Shown piece by piece: positions 25,789-35,088 of a stretch of DNA of 39,817 nt. Position 1 is the stretch's first letter, and every line of letters starts with the position of its first letter. The notes under the pieces are model-generated. The model was not told the origin of the DNA and did not search any database. It saw nothing but the letters and a program-made list of their open reading frames with translations. The stretch is from NCBI GenBank assembly GCA_015234065.1, contig JADFWS010000002.1:1-39817 (forward strand), written 5' to 3'. The position numbers and the translations under genes are program-made. This DNA comes from Candidatus Omnitrophota bacterium. Its GTDB lineage: Bacteria; Omnitrophota; Gorgyraeia; Zapsychrales; Fredricksoniimonadaceae.

Positions 25789-26142
25789 CTAGGCAAGCGC
25801 GGCCGGATCTTTCGAGGAGAGAACATGGGTTTTCCAATGCATTTGAACCGTCAAACTATGACAATAATCAACTTTATAAATGAAGCGCCCTTTGGTCGTG
25901 TAGATAATACCCTTCACTTTCAGGAAAAACGCTTCATCCTGGCCTTCATTCATAATACGCTTCGTCACATGGATCTCGGGCACCGGAATATCTTTCGGCA
26001 CCGCATCCGCCCGTGACAGGATATACACATAATTCTTCATACTGCGCGAATCACATTCCTGGTCGCTCAAGGCCTCACGCACAGAGACCACCCGACCACG
26101 ATTTTCCGGAAGACTTCTTTTTTTATAGGTCACATTCTTCAT
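25789..26142 (-). CDS. Hypothetical 117-aa protein (orphan)
   Basis: Start trimmed to MKNVTYKK because GGAGG lies 5 nt upstream of the ATG at 26142. The gene is AT-rich, has its own terminator, and carries no motif I recognise. Confidence 0.55.
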   Translation of the reverse strand: MKNVTYKKRSLPENRGRVVSVREALSDQECDSRSMKNYVYILSRADAVPKDIPVPEIHVTKRIMNEGQDEAFFLKVKGIIYTTKGRFIYKVDYCHSLTVQMHWKTHVLSSKDPAALA

Positions 26143-26263
26143 ATTGTCCTCCACCGCCTTCATATTCGAAGGATAACATCTGTTCACCAGGCAAAACAAG
26201 ATGTGCGGAGGGTTTTCGGGAAAACGTTATCTTACGACGGGAATACAGATCAGGCTGGTAATT

Positions 26264-26340
26264 GTGCGCACAAAATAATGCAGGGGATCCTTCGCCCGCC
26301 TTCGGGGGGACTCAGGATGACGGGGTTCGCTTCAGGATGG
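26264..26340 (-). repeat. Dispersed intergenic repeat, copy B, plus a partial extra head
   Basis: The minus strand reads CGTCATCCTGAGTCCCCCCGAAGGCGGGCGAAGGATCCCCTGCATTATTTTGTGCGCACA, which aligns head to tail with copy A. A second partial head (CCATCCTGAAGCGAACC) at 26324-26340 overlaps the plsY 3' end. Confidence 0.7.
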
Positions 26341-26994
26341 CTTTTTGGAAGCCCACGGCATCGGGACTTTGGGCTCCTGGCCGATCAGAAGCCGGTGGAT
26401 ATTGGGGCGGTGCTTCAGGACGATAAAGACACAAAACAGAAGGCTTAAAAGGATCACCAAAAACGGCGCGCCGAAAACGATCATCAGGATCGGCAAAAAG
26501 ATCCCTGCCACGATGGATGATACCGACACATACGCCGTGATCACAAAACATGTAAGCCAGCTTAAAACACACAACAGGACCGCAGGCCGCGCCGCCGGGA
26601 TCGCCACGGTCAGCCCGATCAAAACGCCAAGGCTGGTCGCAATACCCTTGCCGCCTTTGAAATTCAGAAAACATGTCCAGTTATGCCCGCACACGGCGCC
26701 CATACCCGCCACAATGCAGCCGAGTGGGTCCGGCGTCAAAATACCTGCAAAGACAACGACAGGGACAATACCTTTAATAATATCGAGCAGTAAAACCACC
26801 GTGCCCGTCCCTTTGCCAAGAACACGAAACGCATTCGTGGCGCCCACATTCCCGGAACCATGCTGACGGATGTCGATCCCTTTGAGGATCTTTCCGAATA
26901 AAAATGCCGTCGGGATCGAGCCCATGAGATAACTCAAGCCCAACACGAGCGCGAGTTTTCCTGCGATCCATGAAATATTAACGATGTCCGTCAT
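26332..26994 (-). CDS. plsY: Glycerol-3-phosphate acyltransferase PlsY
   Basis: 220-aa membrane ORF with GSIPTAFLFGK, HGSGNVGATNAFR and NFKGGKGIAT. Confidence 0.93.
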   Translation of the reverse strand: MTDIVNISWIAGKLALVLGLSYLMGSIPTAFLFGKILKGIDIRQHGSGNVGATNAFRVLGKGTGTVVLLLDIIKGIVPVVVFAGILTPDPLGCIVAGMGAVCGHNWTCFLNFKGGKGIATSLGVLIGLTVAIPAARPAVLLCVLSWLTCFVITAYVSVSSIVAGIFLPILMIVFGAPFLVILLSLLFCVFIVLKHRPNIHRLLIGQEPKVPMPWASKKPS

Positions 26995-27541
26995 TGAGTT
27001 TTTTAACCCCTTCTGTCATATAAATGATGCCCGACACGGCGGCAACCGCAAGAACGCCCCACCACATCCAGGCGAACACCCTGATCTGCAAAAAAACCGC
27101 CGCAACACAAGCAAACTGCAAGAACGCCGTCATTTTACCCAAAATATTGGGGCGGATCTCAACCCCGCCCGTGCGGATCTCCAGCAGCAAACTCCCGGCG
27201 ATCAAAATCACATCTCGCCCTATAAATACAACAACAAGCCACAACGGAAAATGGACCGGCCAGGCATGATCCATGCCTACCTTATATAGAGCGATCAAAA
27301 CGCCCATGAATAAAAGCTTATCCGCCAAAGGGTCCAGGATCGAACCCGCGCGCGTTTTCTGCCTGAAATGGCGCGCAATATACCCATCGACCACATCCGA
27401 TATTTCGGCCAGAAGATAACCGCCGAAAGCCGCCCAGCGCAGCCACTCCCGATGAGGCGAAATATACAGGATCGCCGCGATCAGAAACGGAATGGACATG
27501 ATACGGATGATCGTGATCTTATTCGCGAGTGTTAGGGTCAT
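26978..27541 (-). CDS. pgsA: CDP-alcohol phosphatidyltransferase, probably CDP-diacylglycerol--glycerol-3-phosphate 3-phosphatidyltransferase
   Basis: 187-aa ORF with the motif DVVDGYIARHF...G..LDPLADKL. It overlaps plsY by 17 nt. Confidence 0.85.
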   Translation of the reverse strand: MTLTLANKITIIRIMSIPFLIAAILYISPHREWLRWAAFGGYLLAEISDVVDGYIARHFRQKTRAGSILDPLADKLLFMGVLIALYKVGMDHAWPVHFPLWLVVVFIGRDVILIAGSLLLEIRTGGVEIRPNILGKMTAFLQFACVAAVFLQIRVFAWMWWGVLAVAAVSGIIYMTEGVKKLNDGHR

Positions 27542-27543
27542 AT

Positions 27544-27894
27544 TTATTCCGGAAGCGGCAACAATTTCGCCCCTGTTTCCGGATCAACATCAAGTTCACC
27601 GCTGTAATGCTTGCCGGTCACAGGTGAATATTTAACCACCGGCCTGACCGGCGCATTGGCGCCCACGATCGCACGGACCGCGGTACGCGCTTCCCCGCCT
27701 TGTTGAACATCCGTCACAACGCGTTTCATTTCTTTATCGGAAACTTCACGGCCGGCCATGGCGCCCATGACCTTCTGCGCCGCCGTCAACTGCTCAGTGA
27801 CGGTTTCCGGCGATCTTCCCGAAAGCGGCTTCGGCGTCGTCGCACAACCCGCCATCAATATCAGCAACAAAAACCCGATTAAACGATTCATCAT
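27544..27894 (-). CDS. Hypothetical lipoprotein
   Basis: Start trimmed to MMNRLIGFLLLILMAGC (lipobox). This ATG forms an ATGA overlap with the lepB stop. Confidence 0.6.
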   Translation of the reverse strand: MMNRLIGFLLLILMAGCATTPKPLSGRSPETVTEQLTAAQKVMGAMAGREVSDKEMKRVVTDVQQGGEARTAVRAIVGANAPVRPVVKYSPVTGKHYSGELDVDPETGAKLLPLPE

Positions 27895-28487
27895 TTGATC
27901 CAGCGAATTCGATCGAGCGGCCAAAACAAGATCTCGGCCTTGCCGATCACATAATCTTCCGGCACAAAACCCCAATACCGGCTATCGTGGCTCGACACAC
28001 TATTATCGCCCATCACAAAATAATTCCCCACCGGGACTGTGATCTTCTTTCCGGCTTCCGCATTCGGCCCCATGTTGTAATAATGCACTTTACCGATGCC
28101 GCCATCCGTCACGGGCTTGTCATTAATAAGCACTCGCCCGTCTTTGATCTCGACAGTCTCACCACCGAACGCGATCAGTCGCTTGATAAAATCCTTATCC
28201 TTGGTCACCGGATATTTAAACACGATCACATCCCCGCGCTTAGGCGACGTAAACCCGTGAATGCGGTATGTTGTAAACGGGATCATAGGGCCGTAATCGA
28301 GCTTGTTCACAAACAGCCGGTCACCCTCGATCAGGGTCATGCGCATAGACCCCGACGGGATCACGAACGGCTGAAATAAAAACGTGCGGATCGCCATGGC
28401 CAGCACAAACGCCACAATGATCGACTCTGCCCATTCCCAGGCAACGGCTTTCCAATTTTCTGAACTCTGTTTCTCTGGCATATTCAT
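27891..28487 (-). CDS. lepB: Signal peptidase I
   Basis: 198-aa ORF with the catalytic Ser box PSGSMRMTL, the Lys box KRLIAFGGE and GDNSVSSHDSRYWGFV. Confidence 0.93.
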   Translation of the reverse strand: MNMPEKQSSENWKAVAWEWAESIIVAFVLAMAIRTFLFQPFVIPSGSMRMTLIEGDRLFVNKLDYGPMIPFTTYRIHGFTSPKRGDVIVFKYPVTKDKDFIKRLIAFGGETVEIKDGRVLINDKPVTDGGIGKVHYYNMGPNAEAGKKITVPVGNYFVMGDNSVSSHDSRYWGFVPEDYVIGKAEILFWPLDRIRWIK

Positions 28488-28512
28488 TCCTTGAAAGTTA
28501 AATGCAATTATA

Positions 28513-28551
28513 GAATCCGGGGTCCCTTCGGCTTCGCTTCAGGATGACGCG
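28513..28551 (-). repeat. Dispersed intergenic repeat, copy C (head only)
   Basis: The minus strand reads CGCGTCATCCTGAAGCGAAGCCGAAGGGACCCCGGATTC. It lies between the lepA stop and the lepB start. Confidence 0.6.
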
Positions 28552-28557
28552 CCAGAA

Positions 28558-30348
28558 TTAAATCTTCAGCGCGGCGAGGAAGGCCGCTTGCGGCACTTCG
28601 ACCTGGCCGATCTGCTTCATCTTCTTCTTGCCTTCTTTTTGCTTCTCCCAGAGCTTGCGCTTGCGGGAAATGTCGCCACCATAACACTTGGCCGTCACAT
28701 TTTTGCCCATGGACTTGATGCGCGACGACGCAATGATCCGCCCGTCGCACGACGCCTGGATGCGGATCTCAAATAACTGCGCCGGAATGAGCTCTTTTAG
28801 TTTCTCACACAACGCCGCGCCTTTTTCGTAGGCGCGGTCCTTATGCACCAGGCATGAGAACGCGTCACACTCATCGTCGTTGATCAGGATCTCAAGCTTG
28901 GCGATCGGGGCCGCTTTGTAACCGCAGAACTCATAGTCGATCGAGCCGTACCCGCGCGTCGCAGATTTCACCATGTCATTAAAATCCACGATCACTTCCG
29001 CCAGTGGGATCTCATAAATAACGCGCATGCGGTCCGACACAAACTCGCTCTTCAGATAAATACCGCGCTTACGCTTGGTCAGCTCCATGACCGCGTCCAT
29101 GCAATTGACCGGCGTCAGGACCGACACCTTCAAATACGGCTCTTCCACGGATTTAACATCGCTCGGGCTCGGGAGATCCGACGGATTCTCAATATCCATC
29201 ATGACACCCAGCTTGGTCTCGTAACGATACCCGACGTTCGGTGTGGTAAGGACCAGATTCAGATTATATTCCCGCTCCAGGCGCTCCTGCACCACTTCCA
29301 TATGAAGCAGCCCTAAAAAGCCACAACGAAAGCCGTGGCCGAACGATTGCGACGTTTCCGGCTCATACGTAAAACTCGGATCGCTCAAACGCAACTTGTC
29401 GATCGCCACGCGCAGTTCCATATATTCATCGGCGGTCACTGGATAAACACCGCAAAACACCAGCGGTTTCAGGATGCGGTACCCTTCGAGCGGCGCCGCG
29501 CACGGATTCAGCGCATCCGTCACCGTATCGCCGACGTGCACTTCTTTGGGGTCGCGCACATTGCAGGTAATGTATCCGACCTCACCCGCCGACAGCTCTT
29601 TCGTCTTCGCTTCAAAAGGCGTGTAATACCCCATGCCTTCGACCGTATATTCTTTTTGCATATGCATGAGGCGGATCTTGGTGCCGATCGCGATCCTGCC
29701 ATCGATCACGCGGATAAAAATAACCACGCCCTTGTACACATCGTATTTCATGTCGAACATGAGCGCCTTGAGCGGCTTGTCCGGGTCGCCGTACGGCGCG
29801 GGAATAAATTCCACGATCTTCTCAAACAGCTTGTCGATATTCAGGCCCTCTTTAGCCGAGACTTTCTGAATATCCTCCTCGCGGAACTTAAGCACCTCTT
29901 TGAACTGGCGTGTCGCCTCATTGGGGTCGATGTTCGCGATATCGATCTTGTTAATGACCGGCAATATTTCAAGGTTGTTGTTGATCGCCAGATAATAATT
30001 CGCGACTGTCTGGGATTCAACGCCCTGCGACGCGTCGATGATCAAAAGCGCGCCTTCGCAGGCCTTGAGCGACTTCTCGACCTCATAGGTAAAATCAACG
30101 TGGCCGGGCGTGTCGATCAGGTTAAAAAGGTACTCCTGGCCGTCTTTGGCCTTGTAATGCAAACGCACCGCAGACGCCTTGATCGTAATGCCGCGCTCGC
30201 GCTCAAGGTCCATGTCGTCGAGAAGCTGATTCTTGAAACTGCGCTCATCGATCGCGCCGCAAAAAAGCATGAGGCGGTCGGCCAGCGTGGATTTACCGTG
30301 GTCAATGTGCGCGATGATAGAAAAATTGCGGATTAAAGACTGATCCAT
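28558..30348 (-). CDS. lepA: Translation elongation factor 4 (LepA)
   Basis: 596-aa ORF with IRNFSIIAHIDHGKSTLADR, DTPGHVDF, NKID and the LepA-specific C-terminal region. Confidence 0.96.
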   Translation of the reverse strand: MDQSLIRNFSIIAHIDHGKSTLADRLMLFCGAIDERSFKNQLLDDMDLERERGITIKASAVRLHYKAKDGQEYLFNLIDTPGHVDFTYEVEKSLKACEGALLIIDASQGVESQTVANYYLAINNNLEILPVINKIDIANIDPNEATRQFKEVLKFREEDIQKVSAKEGLNIDKLFEKIVEFIPAPYGDPDKPLKALMFDMKYDVYKGVVIFIRVIDGRIAIGTKIRLMHMQKEYTVEGMGYYTPFEAKTKELSAGEVGYITCNVRDPKEVHVGDTVTDALNPCAAPLEGYRILKPLVFCGVYPVTADEYMELRVAIDKLRLSDPSFTYEPETSQSFGHGFRCGFLGLLHMEVVQERLEREYNLNLVLTTPNVGYRYETKLGVMMDIENPSDLPSPSDVKSVEEPYLKVSVLTPVNCMDAVMELTKRKRGIYLKSEFVSDRMRVIYEIPLAEVIVDFNDMVKSATRGYGSIDYEFCGYKAAPIAKLEILINDDECDAFSCLVHKDRAYEKGAALCEKLKELIPAQLFEIRIQASCDGRIIASSRIKSMGKNVTAKCYGGDISRKRKLWEKQKEGKKKMKQIGQVEVPQAAFLAALKI

Positions 30349-30393
30349 AGCTCTTCAGGCGAACGCAAGGTCCGCCCCTATACCTTTTATGTT

Positions 30394-31065
30394 TTATGTG
30401 TTTCGAATTCTTCCGGCAAGAAATTCAACAACCTGCGCAACCGTCATGCCTGTGGAATCTACCAAAATCGCGTCATCGGCTTTTTTCAAAGGCCCGACTT
30501 TACGAGTAAAATCATGCTCATCGCGCTCGGCGAGGTCTTTCTTAAGCGCCTCTTCGTCGACCTGCTGGCCTTTGGCCTTGAGCTCATCAATACGCCGCTG
30601 ACAGCGCACATTAAAATCCGCATCCAGATAGAATTTATACGTCGCGTTGGGGAACACCACGGTCCCCAGATCGCGGCCATCGCCGACCATGGAACGCCGC
30701 GCGCCCATCGTGCGCTGCCACTCGACCATCACATGCCGCACGCCGGGTGTGCGCGCGATATAAAATGTATTATTCGTCACTTCAATACTGCGGATCGCTT
30801 CGGACACATCTGCGCCGTCAAGCAAGACCTGAAGCGCCTTCCCGGGCTCATTCACCAGATCAATATGCGTCCTTTGTGCCAGAGCCACCAGTGCGGCTTC
30901 ATCCTCGAGATCCACTTTTTCGCGCAACGCTTTGACCGTGAGCGCGCGATACATGGCCCCGGTATCCATAAACGCAACGCCGAGCTTCCTGGCCAGCAGT
31001 TTGGCGATCGTGCTTTTGCCAGCGCCGGCAGGCCCGTCGATCACGACCACAAGGGATTCAGGCAT
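30394..31065 (-). CDS. cmk: Cytidylate kinase
   Basis: Start trimmed to MPESLVVVIDGPAGAGKSTIAK, because the longer ORF-track start is an Arg-rich extension overlapping tyrA. It overlaps the tyrA stop by 8 nt. Confidence 0.9.
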   Translation of the reverse strand: MPESLVVVIDGPAGAGKSTIAKLLARKLGVAFMDTGAMYRALTVKALREKVDLEDEAALVALAQRTHIDLVNEPGKALQVLLDGADVSEAIRSIEVTNNTFYIARTPGVRHVMVEWQRTMGARRSMVGDGRDLGTVVFPNATYKFYLDADFNVRCQRRIDELKAKGQQVDEEALKKDLAERDEHDFTRKVGPLKKADDAILVDSTGMTVAQVVEFLAGRIRNT

Positions 31066-31927
31066 GGGACTTTTTCTCCAAAAGATCGCGCTTTGCCTTG
31101 GCTTGCGTAAAATACTGCGCCAACGCGGTTTCATCCTTATCCACGATCGCTTTGCGGATCTCGGAAAGGGATTTGACCGACTCATCCAGCGCCTTCAGCA
31201 CATGGCGATAATTGGACAGGCAAATATCCGTCCACATCTTTGCCGACGATCCTGCCAGGCGCGTTGTATCGCGCAGGCCTGCCCCGGCATAACCCAAATT
31301 CTCATCCGCGATCACGCGCATGAGGCCAAACGCCATCAAATGCGGCAAATGGCTCACAAACGACATGGCCTCGTCATGTTGGGCCGGCGTTAAGGATTTC
31401 ACATCCATGCCGATCGCGGTCCAAAGATGCTTGACCTTTTCTTTCGCCAGCTTGTTCGTCTTATCCGTCGGCGTCATCACGCATATCGCGCCCTTAAACA
31501 GCTCCCCGTTCGCATGCGACACGCCGCTCTTTTCAGACCCGGCCATAGGATGCGACCCCACAAAAAGCACATGCGGCGGAAATAATTTCTCTGCGGCCTC
31601 CACGATCGCAAGCTTGGTGCTGCCGACATCCGTCACAATGCAATTCCGGCGCAGATGCTTGCAAATATCTTCAATATTCTCGAGGATCACTTTCACGGGC
31701 GCCGCCAGGATCACGCAATCCGCGTTCTGGATCGCCTTCTTGACATCCTGGTCCGCCTCGTCGATAACGCCCATGGTGATCGCCGTGCGCAGGGATACTT
31801 CCTGGCGCGACACACCCACGATCTTGGCGGCCAGCCCGGCCTTCTTCATGGCCAGCGCCACAGACCCGCCGATCATCCCGGTCCCGAGGATCACCACTTT
31901 GTTGAATAAATGCCTGCGAAATACCAT
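31058..31927 (-). CDS. tyrA: Prephenate dehydrogenase
   Basis: 289-aa ORF with the Rossmann motif ILGTGMIGGS, GSHPMAG and SHLPH. Confidence 0.88.
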   Translation of the reverse strand: MVFRRHLFNKVVILGTGMIGGSVALAMKKAGLAAKIVGVSRQEVSLRTAITMGVIDEADQDVKKAIQNADCVILAAPVKVILENIEDICKHLRRNCIVTDVGSTKLAIVEAAEKLFPPHVLFVGSHPMAGSEKSGVSHANGELFKGAICVMTPTDKTNKLAKEKVKHLWTAIGMDVKSLTPAQHDEAMSFVSHLPHLMAFGLMRVIADENLGYAGAGLRDTTRLAGSSAKMWTDICLSNYRHVLKALDESVKSLSEIRKAIVDKDETALAQYFTQAKAKRDLLEKKSHA

Positions 31928-32943
31928 CAGATCTCTCTTTCCACAGCCTGCGCCACACGCGCCAGCTCTTTCATCAATTGATCAAAATTATCCGGCGCGA
32001 GCGACTGCGCCCCGTCCGACCACGCTTCTTCGGGATTGTCATGCACTTCGATCAGAAGCCCGTCCGCACCAGCCGCGATCCCGGCCTTCGCGATACTTCC
32101 CACAAGGCCCCAGCGGCCTGTGCCATGGCTCGGGTCCACAATGATCGGCAAATGTGTTTTCTGTTTGACGACGGGGACCGCGTTAATGTCGAGCGTATTG
32201 CGCGTTTCCGTCTCAAATGTCCGAATGCCGCGCTCACACAAGACCACATCAAAATTACCCTGCGCCAGAATATATTCCGCCGACATGAGCCACTCTTTGA
32301 TCGTCGAGCTGATCCCGCGCTTGAGCAGCACCGGCTTTTTGATCTTGCCGACCTCTTTCAGCAGCGAAAAATTCTGCATGTTACGCGCGCCAAGCTGCAG
32401 CATATCCACATAACCGGCCACAAGCTCAACATCACGCGGATCCATGACTTCCGTCACAGTCGCGAGCCCGACTTCTTTCGATACGGCTTTAAGGATCCGC
32501 AAACCTTCTTCGCCAAGGCCCTGAAAATCATACGGCGATGTGCGCGGCTTGAACGCTCCGGCGCGAAGTAATGTCGCACCTGCGGCCTTGACCCGCTTCG
32601 CCACCGCGAGCAGCGGCTCGTAGCCCTCGACGGCACACGGGCCGGCCATGATCACGACTTTTTTCCCGCCGATCACAACATTCTGGCCGACCTTAATGAG
32701 CGAAGGCTCACTTTTAAATTCCTTGGAGACCAGCTTGTACGGCGCCAGGACCGGCATGACTTTTTCAACACCGGGAAATACTTCAAGCGGGACGATCTGA
32801 AGTTTATCCTCAGGCCCGATAAGCCCGATCACTGTGCGCTCTGCTCCACGCGACACGTTCGCCTTGAGCCCCATCTTTCCGGCCTTATCAAGGATATGCT
32901 GGATATTTTCTTCCGTAGCATTAGGTCTTAGGACAACAATCAT
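31927..32943 (-). CDS. aroF: 3-deoxy-7-phosphoheptulonate (DAHP) synthase, type I-beta, with an N-terminal ferredoxin-like regulatory domain
   Basis: Start trimmed to MIVVLRPNATEENI, which forms an ATGA overlap with the hisC stop. It is collinear with the Thermotoga-type enzyme as I recall it (AGPCAVEG, RGGAFKPRTSPY-like, LCERGIRTFE, DPSH). Confidence 0.9.
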   Translation of the reverse strand: MIVVLRPNATEENIQHILDKAGKMGLKANVSRGAERTVIGLIGPEDKLQIVPLEVFPGVEKVMPVLAPYKLVSKEFKSEPSLIKVGQNVVIGGKKVVIMAGPCAVEGYEPLLAVAKRVKAAGATLLRAGAFKPRTSPYDFQGLGEEGLRILKAVSKEVGLATVTEVMDPRDVELVAGYVDMLQLGARNMQNFSLLKEVGKIKKPVLLKRGISSTIKEWLMSAEYILAQGNFDVVLCERGIRTFETETRNTLDINAVPVVKQKTHLPIIVDPSHGTGRWGLVGSIAKAGIAAGADGLLIEVHDNPEEAWSDGAQSLAPDNFDQLMKELARVAQAVEREI

Positions 32944-34025
32944 AAAATACTCCGCAATGCCTTTAAAAATTTCTTGTTTTCCGCCGGGGCGCCGATCGTG
33001 ACCCGGATATAGTTCGCCAGGCCCCACGCGCTCATATCTCGTACGATCACGCCTTTTTTAATAAGCGCGAGCGTCACTTCCTGGCTGCTCCTGGGCAAAC
33101 ACACCTGAATAAAATTCGTAGCGCCCTTGCTGTACGCAACGCCCATCTTTTGAAGCGCCGCGCACATCTCATCGCGTTCACGCACCAGGATCTTGCGCAC
33201 CTTCGCGTAATACGGCTGATCCTTAAGCGCGGCCACCGCCGCATCCTGGGCAACCGACGTCACATTGAACGGCTCGCGCGCGCGATTCAAGAGATCCGCA
33301 ACCTCGGCATCCATAATGCCATATCCCACCCGAAGGCCTGCGAGCCCGTATATCTTGGAAAATGTCCGTGCCACGATCACATTCTTGCGCGTTTTCAGGA
33401 GCGCCAATGTATCCGGATAATCTTTCGCATCCACAAATTCAAAATACGCTTCGTCAAAGAACACCAGAACGTCTTCCGGGAAATCTTTCAAGAACTCGGC
33501 GATCTCTTTTTTCGTGACATACTGGCCCGACGGATTATCCGGGTTCCCGATAAACACGATCTTGGTGCGGCCGTTCACCGCTTTTTTCATGGCCGCAAGG
33601 TCATACCGCAAGCCCTGCAGCGGCACCTCGACCAACATCGCCCCGGCGGCCGCCGACGCGATCGAATACACCAGAAAAGAAGGTTTTGCGAGCACCACTT
33701 CATCACCCGGCTCAATGAATGCCCGAAGCGCCAGCACGATGACTTCATCCGACCCGCAGCCGAACACCAGCTGTTCGGGCTTCACCTTTAATGTACGGCT
33801 AATGGCCTGACGCAATTCAAAACATCCGGCATCCGGATAACGGTTCACTTCTGTGGCCGCTTTGGCTATAGCCTTCAGCACTTTGGGCGACGGCGGAAAT
33901 GGATTCTCGTTCGACGCCAGCTTAATGACATGCTTAAGCCCGAATTCCCGCTTCACCTCGCTGATCGGCTTCCCGGGAACATACGGCTTCACTTTTAAGA
34001 TATTTTTATTCGCCCTGATCTTCAT
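32940..34025 (-). CDS. hisC: Histidinol-phosphate / aromatic aminotransferase (class II)
   Basis: The ORF-track start is TTG; I trimmed it to the ATG at 34025 (MKIRANKNILKVKPYVPGKP), 1 nt after the pheA stop. The PLP-Lys motif is RTFSKIYGLAGLRVGY. Confidence 0.88.
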   Translation of the reverse strand: MKIRANKNILKVKPYVPGKPISEVKREFGLKHVIKLASNENPFPPSPKVLKAIAKAATEVNRYPDAGCFELRQAISRTLKVKPEQLVFGCGSDEVIVLALRAFIEPGDEVVLAKPSFLVYSIASAAAGAMLVEVPLQGLRYDLAAMKKAVNGRTKIVFIGNPDNPSGQYVTKKEIAEFLKDFPEDVLVFFDEAYFEFVDAKDYPDTLALLKTRKNVIVARTFSKIYGLAGLRVGYGIMDAEVADLLNRAREPFNVTSVAQDAAVAALKDQPYYAKVRKILVRERDEMCAALQKMGVAYSKGATNFIQVCLPRSSQEVTLALIKKGVIVRDMSAWGLANYIRVTIGAPAENKKFLKALRSIL

Positions 34026-34026
34026 A

Positions 34027-35088
34027 TCACTCCGGATACGATCCAAGTATTTTTAAGAATTTACACATGCCTTCGAGCTTCGACAATGCCTTGCGGACTT
34101 TTGTATCGTCCTTATGGCCCTCGAGATCGACGAAGAAATAATATTCCCAGGCCTTTTTCTTCATGGGCCGGGACTCGATCTTCGTTAAATTGATCTTTTC
34201 TTTCGCAAAGGGTGCCAGCATCGCGTGCAACGCGCCCACCCGATCCTTGATCGCAAACACCAAAGACGTACGGTCACGCCCCGTGGCATGCACGTCCTGG
34301 CGCCCGATCACAAAGAACCGCGTCATGTTATGCGCGATATCCTGAATATTTTCTTTTAACGCCGGCACTTTATAGATCGCGGCGCACTCAGGCGACGTGA
34401 TCGCGCCCGCATATTGTTCTTTCGCGGCCAAACGCGCCGCATCCGTCGTCGCGCCAACGCTGATCTGTTGAACCCTCGACGGATGTAAATTCGCCAACAA
34501 CCAATTACGGCACTGTGCCAGGACCTGCGGATTCGAGTAGACCTTGCGGATCTTGGCCAGCGGGCATTTCGCGAGCAGCGTATGCGTAATGCGATGCATG
34601 AGCTGGGCGCAGATCAGCAGATCAGAATCCACCAGCATGTCCGCTGTATGCGTAACCGCGCCTTCGACCGAATTCTCGATCGGCACAACCCCGTAATCAC
34701 AATCATTGGCCTCAACGCGCTGGAACACTTCCGGGATACTGCTCACCCCGACATAAACGACCTGGGACCCAAACTTCCGGCGGGCCGCAATATGGGAATT
34801 AGAACCTTCGCTCCCGAGGTACGCGATGCGCAACGGCTTCTCGAGCGATAAAGACGACGACATGATCTCGCGGTATACCGCTTCAAAACCGCTGTCCGTC
34901 ATCGGGCCTTTATTCAAACTTTTCACCCGGTCAAACACCTCGCGCTCACGCTCCGGCGCATAAATCGCCTTTTGCGCGGCGAGCTTGGACCGCCCCACCT
35001 CGACCGAGATCTTGGCCCGTTCATTCACAAGGCCGACGATCCTGGAATCAAGCGCGTCAATTTTACTGCGAAGGATTTTCAGATCCAT
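34027..35088 (-). CDS. pheA: Bifunctional chorismate mutase / prephenate dehydratase
   Basis: 353-aa ORF with an N-terminal CM helix (LRSKIDALDSRIVGLVNERA), a PDT core (ENSVEGAV, TRF) and a C-terminal ACT domain (ESRP). Confidence 0.92.
   Translation of the reverse strand: MDLKILRSKIDALDSRIVGLVNERAKISVEVGRSKLAAQKAIYAPEREREVFDRVKSLNKGPMTDSGFEAVYREIMSSSLSLEKPLRIAYLGSEGSNSHIAARRKFGSQVVYVGVSSIPEVFQRVEANDCDYGVVPIENSVEGAVTHTADMLVDSDLLICAQLMHRITHTLLAKCPLAKIRKVYSNPQVLAQCRNWLLANLHPSRVQQISVGATTDAARLAAKEQYAGAITSPECAAIYKVPALKENIQDIAHNMTRFFVIGRQDVHATGRDRTSLVFAIKDRVGALHAMLAPFAKEKINLTKIESRPMKKKAWEYYFFVDLEGHKDDTKVRKALSKLEGMCKFLKILGSYPE

Noticed and set aside
25610-25837. 75-aa minus-strand ORF between the orphan gene and the 921-aa gene.
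   Set aside because: It spans the terminator hairpin at 25714-25752 and overlaps the 3' end of the 117-aa gene in another frame. It has no SD and no motifs.
22850-26340. AT-rich segment as a prophage remnant, IS element or integrative island.
   Set aside because: I found no integrase, transposase, phage structural genes, tRNA-adjacent attachment repeats or terminal inverted repeats. Only the compositional shift and the flanking short repeats are supported.
31066-31185. Long N-terminal extensions in the ORF track for cmk (to 31185), aroF (to 33027), the 921-aa gene (to 25530), the 27544 lipoprotein (to 27975) and hisC (TTG at 34046).
   Set aside because: The extensions overlap the upstream genes and are Arg/Gly-rich with no motifs. 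Internal ATGs give canonical family N-termini and typical ATGA or short overlaps.
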